A DNA stretch of 64,000 nucleotides from Gonapodya sp. JEL0774. Lineage: Eukaryota. Location: the NCBI GenBank assembly GCA_027604505.1, contig JADIIX010000037.1, forward strand, positions 1-64,000. Direction: 5' to 3'. The notes beneath the pieces are model-generated. The model was not told the DNA's origin and searched no databases. It saw only the letters and a list, made by a program, of their open reading frames with translations. The stretch's first letter is position 1. Each line of letters starts with the position of its first letter. The position numbers were made by a program, and so were the translations under genes. Shown here one piece after another: positions 1 through 12,908 of the stretch.

Positions 1-3000
1 TTGGATGAGTCATCACTGTGGCCTGTATGGCACAGCAGGTCAAAGTACACATAAACAGCCCATTTTCCCATGTAGTGAGACAACACAAGTTTGGAGTTCC
101 AACAGTCCAGGCTCATAACCTGTTAAGCTATGGTGGCAAAACCTGTACAGGGGCAGAGTGCTGGATTCTTGCTTTATCCTTAACAAAGCTTTGCCAGCAC
201 TATGTACGTGGAGTCCAGTCTACCATCCCTGAGCTTTTCAACAAGCTGCAAAAGCTCAATGCTAAGCAGGTACCACTCACAACTCTTTACACTGCGACGA
301 CAGACTTCCAGACAAGAAACATCACATGGGGCAATTGGCAGTTTGCAAACTCAACCACAGGGCCAACCCTGAGTGTTGTGCAGTAACCGACCATTGTCGA
401 CACTCCATGACAAGCTGCAGCTGCTGCCCCAGAGGCACCTATGCTGGTGTTCAGTGGAATCCCATTAATGTGTCTTGTGCGCATCAGGGATTCTTCTGCC
501 CAAACCCATTGTAGCAGCACTCACAGCCGGTTGTCCAGGTGCAACAGCAGCCACTCTTGGCATCGTCGCAACCTCCAGGTGTTCCCCCTGCAAACTCTGG
601 CGCCCATGTGCCCACAATCATCCCAAACCAAATCTGTTGTAACTGCTTTGAGCAAGGACACTGGGAGCGTTTGTGCCGGAAGGCACCTATTGATGTGCTT
701 CCTAACGTCTGCCTATTGGTCGGTTACTTCAACCAACTACCACCAGACTTCATTCCTGGTACAAGGTACTCGGTTCCAGAACACACGCGGGCTGCTGTAG
801 AGACTGAGGCTACTTGCCACTCTCAGCAACCCCCATCATTTAAGGCTGCTCGTCGTGGTGGGGGGCACAGTGGATCCTCTCTTCGGGGATGCCCTAACCT
901 TCTTTCTATGGGTATTGCAAATGACGAATATACCTTGGGTGACAAAGATTGGAGTCAAGAAAGCCTTTACGAACACGAAACCTTTGGAGACAACTACGAT
1001 GGTGAGAATTAGACAACTAACGTAGCTAACATGTAACGCATTGGAAATAAACCGGAAAACCGAATAACGTATGTATGGAGTCCAACCTCTGCAGTGGCAG
1101 CACTCACCCACGCGTAGAGTCTGGATTGGTCAGCCTTCTGTTGTGGAGTGAAGCCGTCCAGATGCTCATGCGTGCAATGTTGGGTGGAGGGAGTCCCCTA
1201 TTGCCTGATGATTGGCTGGCCCAAAGACCCAACTAGGGTATGTATGTCCCTGGCATCTGTGGCACCACCTCCAGACTCTTGTGTGTGTTACAGAGAATGT
1301 GATAGGCAATAATCCAAGGACATGGCCCTGGCAGCAGCGCTCACCTGCCGAGTACTATAGGCGCAGACCTGCTACTTGTTTGAGAGTTTAAGTGGTCAGT
1401 AGCCCTGGGGTTGTGCAGTACTTATTTGCTGTATGACTGCTAAGTGGTTCACACCCCACACCCTTGGCTCAACATCAGTGCACATGTTGTTGTGGGAATT
1501 GCCTTGAGGCAGTCACTGCCTGGTGAAGGGCGTAGCTAACCCTTCACTGGACTGTGGCTGCAATGGTTCCTTTTCCAACGTGGTCCCTTCCACAGCAAGC
1601 TTACCACTACTGTTGCGACCCGTTTCTCAGCTCCATCACCACCAGAGGTTAATATTGTCACTAGCAACACAGTCCTCCGAAGTGCCCTTCCTGTCCCCCC
1701 CAGGAAGCAGCGTGTTGATTACTCAATTGCATGCTTGTTGAACTTCATGCTAATGGAACTCCTCCTGATTATGCTGCAACCGTTAGAGGTACTGTCTGTA
1801 CACTTCCACAGATGGATATCATCCAAGACTCTGGCGCTGCCCTGTCAGCAATTAGTGGCAACATTTACCGTCAATATTTTTCCATGATGCCACTTGAGCC
1901 ATGGAATCTGCAGCCAATAACTGTAGGAGACAGTGCCATCACAGCTCTGCTTGGCTGGGTCTTATAACCCATCACTGTTGCTGGCGTCCAACGTGCACTC
2001 TGCCTCTCAGTTATTGAAAACCTTCCTCATCCAATCCTCTTAGGTGTGGACTTCCTTCGAATTTGGCACGCTGTAATTGATTATGATGAAGGATGGATCA
2101 CCTGCAAAGGTGATGACAGCAAGCTTGGTGCTCAGACATCTGTGCGCATCAAAACTGGCAAGGCACGCTGCCGCAACATAGATCTTGTCCTCGATGAGGA
2201 TATTACCATAGAAGGTTTCCATGGGGCCATGTGTGCCACCCGGGATATTCTCACCTGTCGTTGCTGGACAGGCACAGTCTTCTTGAAGCCCCACCCTGTG
2301 GCATCTGTCAAGCTTGGTGCTCTTGTGGCTCAAGGAACACCTGAGATGACCTTAGGTCAAACTCATGTCTTGTGACCAACATGACTGCCACACCATTGCG
2401 CCTTCTTAAGGGTACACCTATTGCCCCTTGCAAACCACACACAAACTCTGACTTCAATGTCATGACGCTTAACCATGAGGATAAACCAGATGGCAAGGCA
2501 TCCACTGTGTCCACAGCCCCATTAAAGCAGGGCGCTGCTGATTTGCCACAAAAGGTGAACCCCGTCCCTAAGGACCTCACTGAAATTACGCCATTGGTAG
2601 AAAAAGAGGATCCTACCATTCCGTACTTGCCCTCTGAACCAATCCCAGACTTGGACCTCTCTAAGACATCCAACCTCACTGTGCAGCAGCAGAGTTATCT
2701 CTCGCGCACACTACATGAGCATTTTGCAGATGTAATCTCCGACAAGGACGACACAGGCACTGTCACAGGTGTTACACACCACATTGACAGGCAAGCACGC
2801 ACCAATTGCCGTACCACTGCACCCAGCTGCTTTCCAAGAGTGGCCTGAAATGTTGGTTGCTGTCAAAGATATGTTGGACCAAGCGTGATCTGTCCCTTGA
2901 GCCGCCCCTTTTGTTCTTGTACCCAAGAAAGACGGCAAAATCCGTTTCTGCGTTGACTATTGAAAGCTCAACAAGATAACAAAAAAGGACCAATATCCGC

Positions 3001-3870
3001 TCCCACGAATTGATGACGCCCTCAATTCTCTGCAAAATGTGTTGTACATTTCATCGTTTGATGTCACTTGGGCTACTGGAACATCAGGATCCATGACGAC
3101 AACATCCCAAAAACAGCCTTTATCACACCTGAAGGGTTGTGGGAGTTCATTCGAATGCCTTTTGGTTTAAAAAAAGCCCCTGCGACATTCCAGCACCTTA
3201 TGGACGCAATTCTGGCTGGCATTAAGTGGATGCCTTGTCTACATGGATGACATCATTGTCTTCTCGTTGTCCTTTGAAACGCATATGCAAGACATCACAG
3301 AAATGATGACACGCATCCATGAAGCTGGTCTCTGGCTTCGTGCAAAGAAGTGCACCCTGTGCCAGAGCGAGACTGCTTACCTTGGCCACATTGTGACTAA
3401 CACCGTTGAGCTAAAGGTAGACCCCGCAAAGGCACGTGCAATCCGTGAGTTCCCTTGACCCACTAATGTGGATGGGTTATACTCATTCCTTGGCCTTGAT
3501 GGTTACTACTGACACTTTGTACAGGAGTTTGCCCAGATCTCTTGGTCTCTCTGGCAACTCACCTGCCGGCACATTGTATGGCATTGGAATGCCGAGAATG
3601 TCAAAGCATTTGCTGCCTTTAAAGCTGCATTGACCTCAAGTACCACACTGAGACGTCTGGACTTTACCAAACCATTTGTGGTGCAAACTGATGCTTCAAG
3701 CATTGCCATATCCGGCATTCTTGCACAGCTGGATGATGACAAGAAGGAGTACGTGGTTGCTTATGCAAGCCGCAGCCTCACAGACCCAGAGCGCAAATGG
3801 GACATTTGTGAGCAAGAAGCGCTTGCAATCCTATGGTCCTGTGAGACCTTCCGCTCTTACCTTTACAGTG
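1..3870 (+). mobile_element. Degenerate Ty3/Gypsy LTR retrotransposon internal region (gag, protease, RT, RNase H; truncated before integrase)
   Basis: Gag zinc knuckle CNCFEQGHWERLC (~637-680). Aspartic protease DSGA...ILGVDFL (~1825-2060). RT motifs RFCVDY*KLN, YPLPRIDD, MPFGLKKAPATFQ, YMDDIIVF. RNase H motifs FVVQTDAS and EQEALAI. Many stops and frameshifts; no LTR identified. Confidence 0.95.
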
Positions 3871-4850
3871 CTTTGCGACTTCCCGCTTGCTTTTGACCTG
3901 ATTCTTTAAAAGACAAAGGCAGATATGGATGGGTGTTGTGCTTCAATGCCCCACGAGGCATATACAAGCTCACAGAGAGGCTCTGGTATGCTCGCCAGCA
4001 GACTGTCTCCAGGTTGGCTTGGGCAAAGACAGTTTCTTATATCTCAGAAAATATCTTCATTTCGGTCTCTGGACGTGTACAGCCTCTTGCCATTCCAAGA
4101 TATCTGCAAAAAATATGGCTCTTGTTGGTACCAATACATATTTCGATCTCACCTCAAGGCAAATGACTGCATACACATACACATCACCAGATCGTGATGG
4201 AGCCCCCATTTTCCCAGATAACCATTGCTCCAAGCACTCAGGCGGCATATACACTGCCGTTCCATACCGTCTATTATCTCCAGAGTAGAAAAATACAATT
4301 GCTGAATCCTCACGCTCCGCGGCAAAGCCAAAGTCAGTTATCATAGGGTCTCCATCTTTGTCCAAAAGCACATTTTCTGGCTTCAAGTCAACATGCGTGA
4401 TCTTGTTATGGTGCAGATGCTCTACGCCTTTGGCTATCCCAAGCATCTATAAATTGACTTCGCCAATAACGACACTTTGACCAAAGGCGTAGAGCATATG
4501 CACTTACAAGAATTCATTTAGCAACTTCCTGCAGTCTATTCTTTCTTAGATACTGATGAAGGTCTCCGTTTTCAACAAATTTGCTCACGAGGTACAGTCT
4601 TCCCAAGGAATAGCAGATTCTGCAGAGTGGAACAACGTTAGGATGCTCTGGAACCCTCCACCATGTCTCGGCTTCATTTATGAACACCTGGTGGATAAAC
4701 CTCCGCAATTGATATCTACATTTTGGTGCCTAGAGTCATGACAACTCACTGCAAGAGCATCGTCCCTGTTGTCCCTGGGGTTCTTCACAACCACTGAAAT
4801 TGTAGAACAAGGTAGACCCATCCACCTTTTTCTTCTCCATATTGCTCAAT
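3871..4850 (-). pseudogene. Protein kinase (TKL-like) pseudogene
   Basis: Motifs HPNVV, GDLHQYL, GIAKGVEHLH, HVDLKPENVLL, DFG, GTAVYMPPE, SGDVY. In-frame stops at ~4514 and ~4057; intron at ~4448-4507. Confidence 0.85.
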
Positions 4851-5424
4851 TTACATTCTGGTAACTGCCTTGGCGCAGGGGGAAAGTGAATTGGATCTCC
4901 TCGGCAGGGATCACTCGAACTTTGTTTGTACCTGCTGAGCTGGCGGCCATGACTTCCCTCACTCACAATAGCCAGTGTACAACACTGGAGATGAGTCAGT
5001 TTATGTGCAGACAGCCTCCCTTGGCTGTTGGTCAAAATGCAAAGGGTCGATCTGAGCTGTGGCGGGAAAAAGGAGCAACTGTGCCACAGAGGGACCCTCT
5101 GGAAAATGACCTGGCATGGACGTGAGTTTGCTGACAACGTCCAGCACTCCAGCGTCACCATTGACAAAGTCTTCAACACGCGTTGGGTCGATGGCTTTGA
5201 AAGGCCCACGCCCAGTGCAGGCCTGCATGTTTGAAGATTTTCTTTCGGAGAAACTTTGTGGTGAGGGCTACCTCAGTGTGAGGCTGAATACATAACCATT
5301 ATTATAAGCGATATTGATTAAAATTTAAACAGATAAAATTTTTTCTCTCCCTTTTGCCGCCAGTCCCCCACTCTGCCATCTCTCCCTTCCTCCACCTACT
5401 TCACAGTCACATATGCAGTTTTCA

Positions 5425-6600
5425 TCACATCTTTTTCCTCAGCTTTGCTGCCTCTGCCCTCAACAACGCGATGTTGGTCGGCTTCACCTCGATGGACAGC
5501 GCGGAATTCCATATTTTCCTTCTTGGAACCACTCTTGGTACTACGACCATGGTCGCTCCTGTATCTGGTCCCTTGTTGACTGTCTCCCCAATTTGTTCCT
5601 CAAGTGCAGGTGGCTCATGCTCCACACGCTCGATACCCTCGACACTTAGTCCAGACTCTTCCGCTTTATCGAGAACCCCGACATTCAAAGCTGCAATTCT
5701 GATGAACCGGTCCAGCGCCAGCTACATTCCTACAAGCCTGCACATGCTATTGCAGGTCATTGTGTCTTGACACGACAGAAGCGCAATTCGTCCACACGAT
5801 CGTGTCAACGCAGTCTCTGATTCCCGAAGCAGTTCCTGTGCCACCTTGACATGCATCGTTGTGCCAACTATAGTGATTGATGCAGCGCAAATTGCTTTTT
5901 TGTCCTGTTCCAATTGCGACGCAAGTGCTTTACACATGTTCTTAGCTGTTCTAGCTGTGTCACAACGGCCTTTCAAAACATCCTTGACTGCGTCGGGATT
6001 CTCCCCATGCTTGTATTCGAACCCCGCCACACACATGTGCATCGTGGAGTCTGGAACTGTCAGTGATGCAACTAGACTTGCATCTTGTTTTTTGTCAGGA
6101 CTAGCCTCATCAGGAGTTTGAATATTCCAAAACCATCTGAGCCCCGGAAAGAGTCGAATCCATCCCTCTAAGAAATTCCCAAAACACCTCTTGAGGCTGC
6201 GCTCTGTTGTGTTGAAATGTACACTATCGTATTTGGGCAATTCATACCACCTGCGCACGGAGATCATTCACAGGTGGTATGAGTTACCCAAATAAAGGAA
6301 CTCACAGACTCACAATCAAGACTTGCATCTTGTGATACAGGAGGGAGTTCTTGCGAAACTCTTCCTCACTTTTGTCGACGAGAGCTGCTGTTATCGCTGT
6401 CCCCTACACATCTCCCTCATGAAGACACTTCAACGTGTGTTTGATAATGGTTTCAACTGCAGATGGTGCTTCACTTCTGTATTCCACTTAATTGGCCCTA
6501 GTAGAACATTAAACGTGTTGTCCAACTGTGTTTGCATCCACTCTGGACCATTGGGGTCAGCATACAACTTGTTCCTTCGAACCTGTTGAATGTATTACAA
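5425..6600 (-). pseudogene. Degenerate PD-(D/E)xK restriction-endonuclease-fold (Crinkler C-terminal-like) gene
   Basis: Spliced frame ...SLWYELPK...TERSLK...KKQD...GFEYK...DVLK resembles the E-D-ExK-DxxK pattern of fungal CR-REase domains. An upstream exon has an in-frame stop. Family call is by pattern only. Confidence 0.4.
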
Positions 6601-7039
6601 ATCCATCGGGTATGGAATATGATTTCACACTCAGATCACTCATGGATTGTGGGTTTTCTGCTGCTCTATCTTTTTCTCTTTCCCTTTTCCTTTCACCTCT
6701 GGTGGTGCCAGAGACGGGTGCATAGACAACGTTTGCATGACTCATGCGACAAGGTCTGCTTATTTCTCGGGAGTCGCATCTTTCAACAACAGCTCCACTT
6801 TCTTTTCGGTTTCCTCATTGACCAATTTTGGAATTGCAGCAGTGTCGGTTTGTCTGTCTTTCGGTTGAATTTTCACGGGGTCGACGATGCCCCATTCTTT
6901 GAAAAGCTTCACGATGGATGGTTTAATCGCCTCAAGATTTAGGACATTTGTGTTGAAAGTGAATCCAAATCAATTGCTCATCCTTAATCGGGACTCAGAT
7001 AGCATTGGTTCAGGCTGCTCTTCTGACTCGGTTATCGAC

Positions 7040-7369
7040 TTACTCTGTAATCTTGTTGTTGCTTTTGCTCGAAGTTACGGTTGCGCTCGCTGGATCCATT
7101 TGATTCATGTGCAGAGTGCAAAATGGCCACGGCAGGTTTTTGTAAAGGCGACCATCAAAGATTGTCACTCTGATTCGGATCGCCTGTTGTCCATGTCTCC
7201 ACATCAGAAGCTCCGCTACGACACACCACGATCTGCATACTGCTGCAAGACATGAAAAGACGAAGCTGGCATGGAAATGTCTGAAGATGAGACACACGAT
7301 TTCCAGTGAAAGTTGAGGTGACCTGCTATGAAACGTAGATGTAGGGGTGGTGGCAACAGGCGTAGCCAT
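7040..7369 (-). pseudogene. F-box-like domain gene fragment
   Basis: PQLSLEIVCLIFRHFHASFVFSCLAAVCRSWCVVA matches the F-box consensus (LPxEIxxxIF...xVCRxW). The frame is broken by stops downstream. Confidence 0.7.
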
Positions 7370-8649
7370 GTGAGTAGATTCATCCGTAGCCAGAACAGAA
7401 TCGGGAGAAGAAACACTTGTGCGAGCAGCCGTTGCTTCAGGTCAAAGAGGTACTCTTGCGTCTGGCTTCTTAGTACTCCCATGAGCGGACTGATTTGGTG
7501 TAGTGTCAGAACTCGTCCTGGACGGTTTCAGTTCTCGAGCATAACTTTCGATAGTGCAGTCAGTGCAAAGCTTTGCAGGTTGGTTGCAGATGCCTTTTTT
7601 CGCGTGTGGTGACTGTGTCGATGCTGAAAGCAGGAGGAACAATGACAGCAACCCACCCTTCCCCGTCTGGAAGGGAGCGGGCTTCTTCACATCCATCCGT
7701 TTGAAGATTGCAGGTTGTGCAGGCTGAAATTCTTTGGTGGGGAGAGTGCGAGTAGTTGCTGTTGTCTTGTCCGCGTAGAGGGCGAGACCGGAGGTGGTGG
7801 GACATTCATGTTGGATGGGAGGAGTGGTGAGGGCAGCTTCTTCTTGTAGCCCCCGTCTACAGACATCTAGAGGATAGAGTTGTATCAAGCGAGGTCGATT
7901 TATTAAAAAGGCACGGAGTAACGTATCGAAAGAGGATCTTTCTGGGCGCTTGTGTTTGATGACTTTCCCGAGTTCTTTTGGGATAGATGGACTGACTGAT
8001 TCACAGCATTTTTCACGGTGGAAGAGTGGGGGGAAGTGTTCAATGGCCCAATGGCCATTTGAGGCGCTGTTTTGGGTCGCGATGGTTGGGTATTGACGGT
8101 TTTGCTGGAAGGGAGGAGAGGGTGGAGATGGGTCAGTCGCTTGGCTTACCACCTGACAGCGCATGTGCAGCCACGAAAAGCGAGCGCTGAGAAGGGCGGT
8201 CTCTGCCGATTGCCATCCAGTGGAACAGGCACAAATTCGAATGATGTTTGGACTCGAAATCCTGAGCTGTGGTCGCGTGCATTGGGCAACGACACTTCCA
8301 CAATCACTGAAGCCGAGAAGGGTCAGCCATCGAAGCAGGATGCAGGAAGACAGCGGTGACAATGTGGAGCACTGGGAGATGATAGGTAGAACCCCTGGAA
8401 CCGTGGTGTGGTTGCAGAGACTCACTAGTTACCTGGTTTGGAGGGGAGAAAACACCCTTTCTTCCAGCCGGCATTCTAATGGAAGCTGTGGCAGCGATTT
8501 AATTTTGATTTTGTGCACAGCGCAAGCTCCAGAAATTTTTACTCTCAAGAGTTAATCAAAATTAATGCATTTCACAAGAAGTTGTGGGTTTCTGAGAGAT
8601 CCCGTGAAACTCAAATATATGGTGAAGTAACTTCAAACTCTAGCAAATT

Positions 8650-9250
8650 CAGTCTCTAGATTGACATTGTAGCCTCTCTTTTAGCTTCTCTCCATTTTGT
8701 CTGTGTGGAACTGGGCACCTGGTTGTGTCATGGGCAACTTTCCACTGCTTGTGATTGCTGGTGTAACCAAGGAGTTTTTGGTCAAAATATGATACATAGG
8801 ACACACAAATGCCACGACAATTGCAGCTACATTCTTTTTGGTGAGCCTCTTGGATTGAGGCAAAGTGATCTCTCTCTTGGTGTGTGAAACGCCCACCTGT
8901 GACTAATGACTTATCCCCACGTGTGAAAAGGTGTACCTTGCAAACAATATGGGTTCTCCCAACAAAAGTTCCGATAGCCATCAATTTTGCAAAGAATCTC
9001 TCACCTAAATGGTGGAAGGGGATAAAGAGGTTAATTGGTGCCGCAAGCCCAGTTCTGCAAGGACTGCACAAGTGCTGTGGACTTTGGTGTCAGCCATCAG
9101 GTGTGGGGTGTTATGCTGAGGAAGTGGTGGTGCCTTGATCAAAATTATGTAGGTCACAATGCACTGAGTCTCAGGATGAGCAGAAAAACGCACCTGCCTC
9201 AGCCCTGAACCCTTGCTCAGTGTTCATGGTAAATGGTTCATCCAGTTCCT
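8650..9250 (-). mobile_element. Highly decayed retroelement integrase-like remnant
   Basis: CSPC...GLAAPINLFIPFHHLG resembles the Gypsy H2C2-GLLxP...PFxxVG integrase start. CpG-depleted and frameshifted. Confidence 0.4.
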
Positions 9251-10949
9251 GTGCTCATCCCAACCCCCCACATGTGATTTCCAGGTAAATTTGTGTCACT
9301 GCAGCTTTGAATTGCACCAGTAACTTGGTGTGACTCCTACTGGGATGGAGACTGGAAGAATTTGAGGGGAACAGGAGCGAGGGTGCTAAAGTGGGGTTCG
9401 ACACTAGGCAAGTGGAGGTGTATCCGGGCTGCAGGATAAGTCAGTTTGTGCTTAGTGTCAGTGTGGGTAAGCAACAATCAGTTATATATCCTTATTCCTT
9501 ATGCCACGTCCTGTGTTTGAATTCGCAGTTCATTGCGCTTCTCCAGCTTGGTCCCCCCGCTCCGCCAACCACACGAGTCCATTTCAAACTTAAATTGCTC
9601 TTGCCACTAGTTGAGTTGGTGGCTTTGTAAAGCTACAAAGTACGAGCCAGAGGAACAGGAGGGGGTACGTTTCGAGCGGATCCGTATGGATGCAATGGTG
9701 TACGAGGTGACACAAGGTGAACGGAGGTGGATACGGACCCAAATATAAGACACAGCATAATATTTGTCAGTTGGGAGTAAACTTACCTGTGCGCATTCTG
9801 TTCACGTCTTGCGATGTATACACGTGGTGCAACTGTTGTGTCTGGTCCCCACTCCGACCGTGTCAGTCCTACCTAGATTCATGTCAGTGGCATTCCATTT
9901 TGAGTAGCTGACTTGGCCGAGCGTTGACCCTGAGGCAGAGGTTGAGGTGGACGCCTGGGTTGTGTCAGCAGGTGACAGGGCACCGATTTGCTGCGAGCAT
10001 CAACAGTGAGGTATCCTGACTCCTGATATTATCTTACCTCGGCATTTCTGCTCCTGTCCGTGGTCCTCTTTTTCATTTTCATTTGTTCTTGGTTGGTTCA
10101 TTCAACTTGCGATCACGTTTCTTTCCATTGATTTTGCGGGCTTCATGGTGATATCATTGGAGTCCACCAGAGTACAATTCATTCGAGTTGAGATGACGAC
10201 TGCTTTTCGCTCCTCCAGAGTCCTGTTTGCAGGTTCAAGTTGCCGAAGATGTACGTTCGGAATTTGGATCTTCTGCAAGCCTGAAACCCATGAAACGACT
10301 TTGGTAAATCAATTAAACGTTCTCTGTATACATAAATTTGGCTTACGTACCTCCAATCGACGGAAAGGCCCCTTCCTCTCGCGAAATGGGTTTGCAACCA
10401 ACACCGCTCACCGCTTTCGTTCTCATTATTTTCGGCTTGATTCCCGTCAGAATTGACCTCGTACAACCAATTATACTAAATTTTCGATGTACGGCTTCCC
10501 GAAAAGTTGATTTGAGCGAGAGAAGCGAAGTTTGTTGGGTACACAGACGGAGCAACCCACAACGACGATGGGACCGGCGAGGAGGCCGGGGAGGTGGCAG
10601 GACTCGATGATTGAGTGATAAAGAATACGTATGCGGGCTCTCAGGCTTTGGGGGCGAAGTGGTGGATTATTGGAGTGTGTTCTCTCATAAAGCTTTCAGT
10701 GCTTCAATAACTCCACACCGTTGGTGAGACTGCCTTGCCTTCCAGCCTTGAGGTCACCACTTGAACTAGATGTAGCTAGAGACGCAATATGAATATAAGA
10801 ACCAAACACAACACTCTGCCGTCTTACCTAGAGACACAGTGCTTTCTGTCAAACCTAAGAAATGAATTCACACTGCATCAACCATATCATCTGGTGGCTG
10901 CTACGCCTCAAACCTCATCACTCCTGATCTTCTCTCTAACTCCAACTGG

Positions 10950-12700
10950 CAGTAAGCTATATGTCGCCCTGGTGACACACCTCCAACATGACCACGACAG
11001 CCGTGGTTGTTTCTGATCCCATGACCACCTCCGTGATCCAAAGCATGCCATGGAATGGTCCACCAACTGTTTCAGACACTACCTTTCCGGCAATCTCAAC
11101 ACACCCCTTTGCGCTGTCGCGGGCAGCCGCTCCCACCTCCATTACTGCCTTGCCCGCCATGTGACCTGCTTCTGCGGCGGCATGCACGGCATGTTTATGC
11201 AATTACCACGTCCCGCTTGCTTCGTGTCTGTATCAGTCTGTAGGGTCTGTGCAGGACACTTTGCGCCGTCAGCCAACTCCCTCTCCACAAACTCCAGCAC
11301 AGGACGCTTCTGCAGTTAGTCGGTGCGCGCCACTCCAGACGAATGACAACCATTGGGTAGTGGTGGGAACCACAAAGTGAGAAACGCTTTCATGTCTGGC
11401 ACTAGCTCTTTTCACTACGACGTTGAACATCTGGCAAGCCTTGGGCCTGCGCCGTTCAAGAACATTGTGATCTATTTTCATTCAACTGATCCTGGTTCAT
11501 TCGGCTATGGGGCCTGGTGTTTGCCCGCAAATGTCGCACATCCGCCATGTGCTGCTCCAATGTCGCTAACGCCGTGTCCGCCGAACACATACCGTCAATA
11601 CAGACGACGGCCCACGTTGGGTTATCCACCCAATGTTGTGCTACCTCCCACAACAAGTTTGTGACGACCATGGTGTAATACCACCGAAGAACTCTCCAGG
11701 CGGGTGGTGGAAATATATAGGTCCCAAACACGGTGGGTCAGCAGCAGAGCGCCCGGTTGCTTTGTATTGCCCCAAGCCTTGCTGAGGGATTCGGTGAGCG
11801 CAAGCGCACATCAATTCGCAGCGTCCAGTCCATCCACCACGCCCGCCTGTTCCACACCACGCCTCAAATCCACCCAGTCGCGGTGGTCCTCCCCAACTTT
11901 ACGTTTCATTTCGGCGCTCGGCGGTTCGTACGTGCGCTTCTGGAACGTCGGGACGTCGCACATGGCCTACTTCGGTTTCGGAACCACTACGGGTGGTTCT
12001 ACCGGCTTCTCGTTCTTCGGAGTCGCGCCCACCTTTTCATTCACTGTCACTTTCACTTCGTTTTTGCGGCGACCCTTGTACCCCGCAGTCCGTTCTCTCT
12101 TTTAGAAGTCGAATTGCAACTCACGCAACTCCGTCTCCTGCGCCTGTCGCACCAAATCCGCTCCTGCCTCCTGAACACCAACCGCTCCCGCATATCCGCG
12201 ATGCGATCACGAAGTGCCTCGGTTGTCTCGTCCAGAGACGGCTTGTTTGCCCAGACAGGGGTGGGTAGTGGTTCAGCGCACCTTGTGTCCCAGGGAGTTT
12301 CCGAGCCCGAAGGGAAGGGCGTGCCAGTCGAAGAGGACGGAGGAGCGGCGGTAACAGGCTTGCGCTGTTTTGCAGGGGGGCCGGGGACTTGTTGTTGTGC
12401 GAATGTTGTTGATCGTAAGACGATGCGATGGCGTCGGGGCCTCGTGGGCCGGCGTTATCGCATTGTCGTTCGGTGTGATTGGCCTGAATGCTGGTGCTGG
12501 GGGCAGTCATAGACGACTGCGGGGCCTTTCCCTTTATCAATGACAGGGGTGGAGTTACCGAGAACGGACCCAGCGCCATCGCCAGAAGGAGGAGAATCGA
12601 CCGTGGTCTCCTTGACGGCATCATCGCCGATGTCTTCAAAATCGATGACGCCTTCCGGGTTGATGTCCATGATGTGTGATTATGGATGAGAGAGAGGAGA
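10950..12700 (-). mobile_element. Decayed gag-like retroelement remnant
   Basis: Stop-riddled frame with a coiled-coil/low-complexity start, MKAFLTLWFP (retrotransposon-gag-like) and EAGHMA (possible knuckle relic). Same orientation as the integrase-like remnant at 8.7-9.2 kb. Confidence 0.35.
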
Positions 12701-12908
12701 TCTACTAGTATTAGGTAGACACAGGCCAGGTTTGACAGGATGCGAGCAAGAGTCGGCCGTCGCCCCAATTGTGATGTCCCGTGGTATACTGGACTGGCAG
12801 ATGTGATGTAGTACCAATGTCTGATACCGTACTGTTGATATTTCAGCACAGGTGGCACAGCCACGGACTCTGGGCGGCCCAATGCCGCCTCAATGCCACT
12901 CGATATGC

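Noticed and set aside
7442..8425. 327-aa minus-strand ORF
   Set aside because: No recognisable domain and no ATG start; it lies in decayed sequence.
9360..9670. Possible PBS, polypurine tracts and solo LTR (GGTGCTAAAGTGGGGTTCGA; repeated GGAACAGGAG; TGT...TCA)
   Set aside because: No second LTR copy or target-site duplication is found in the window, and the matches are too short to support a call.
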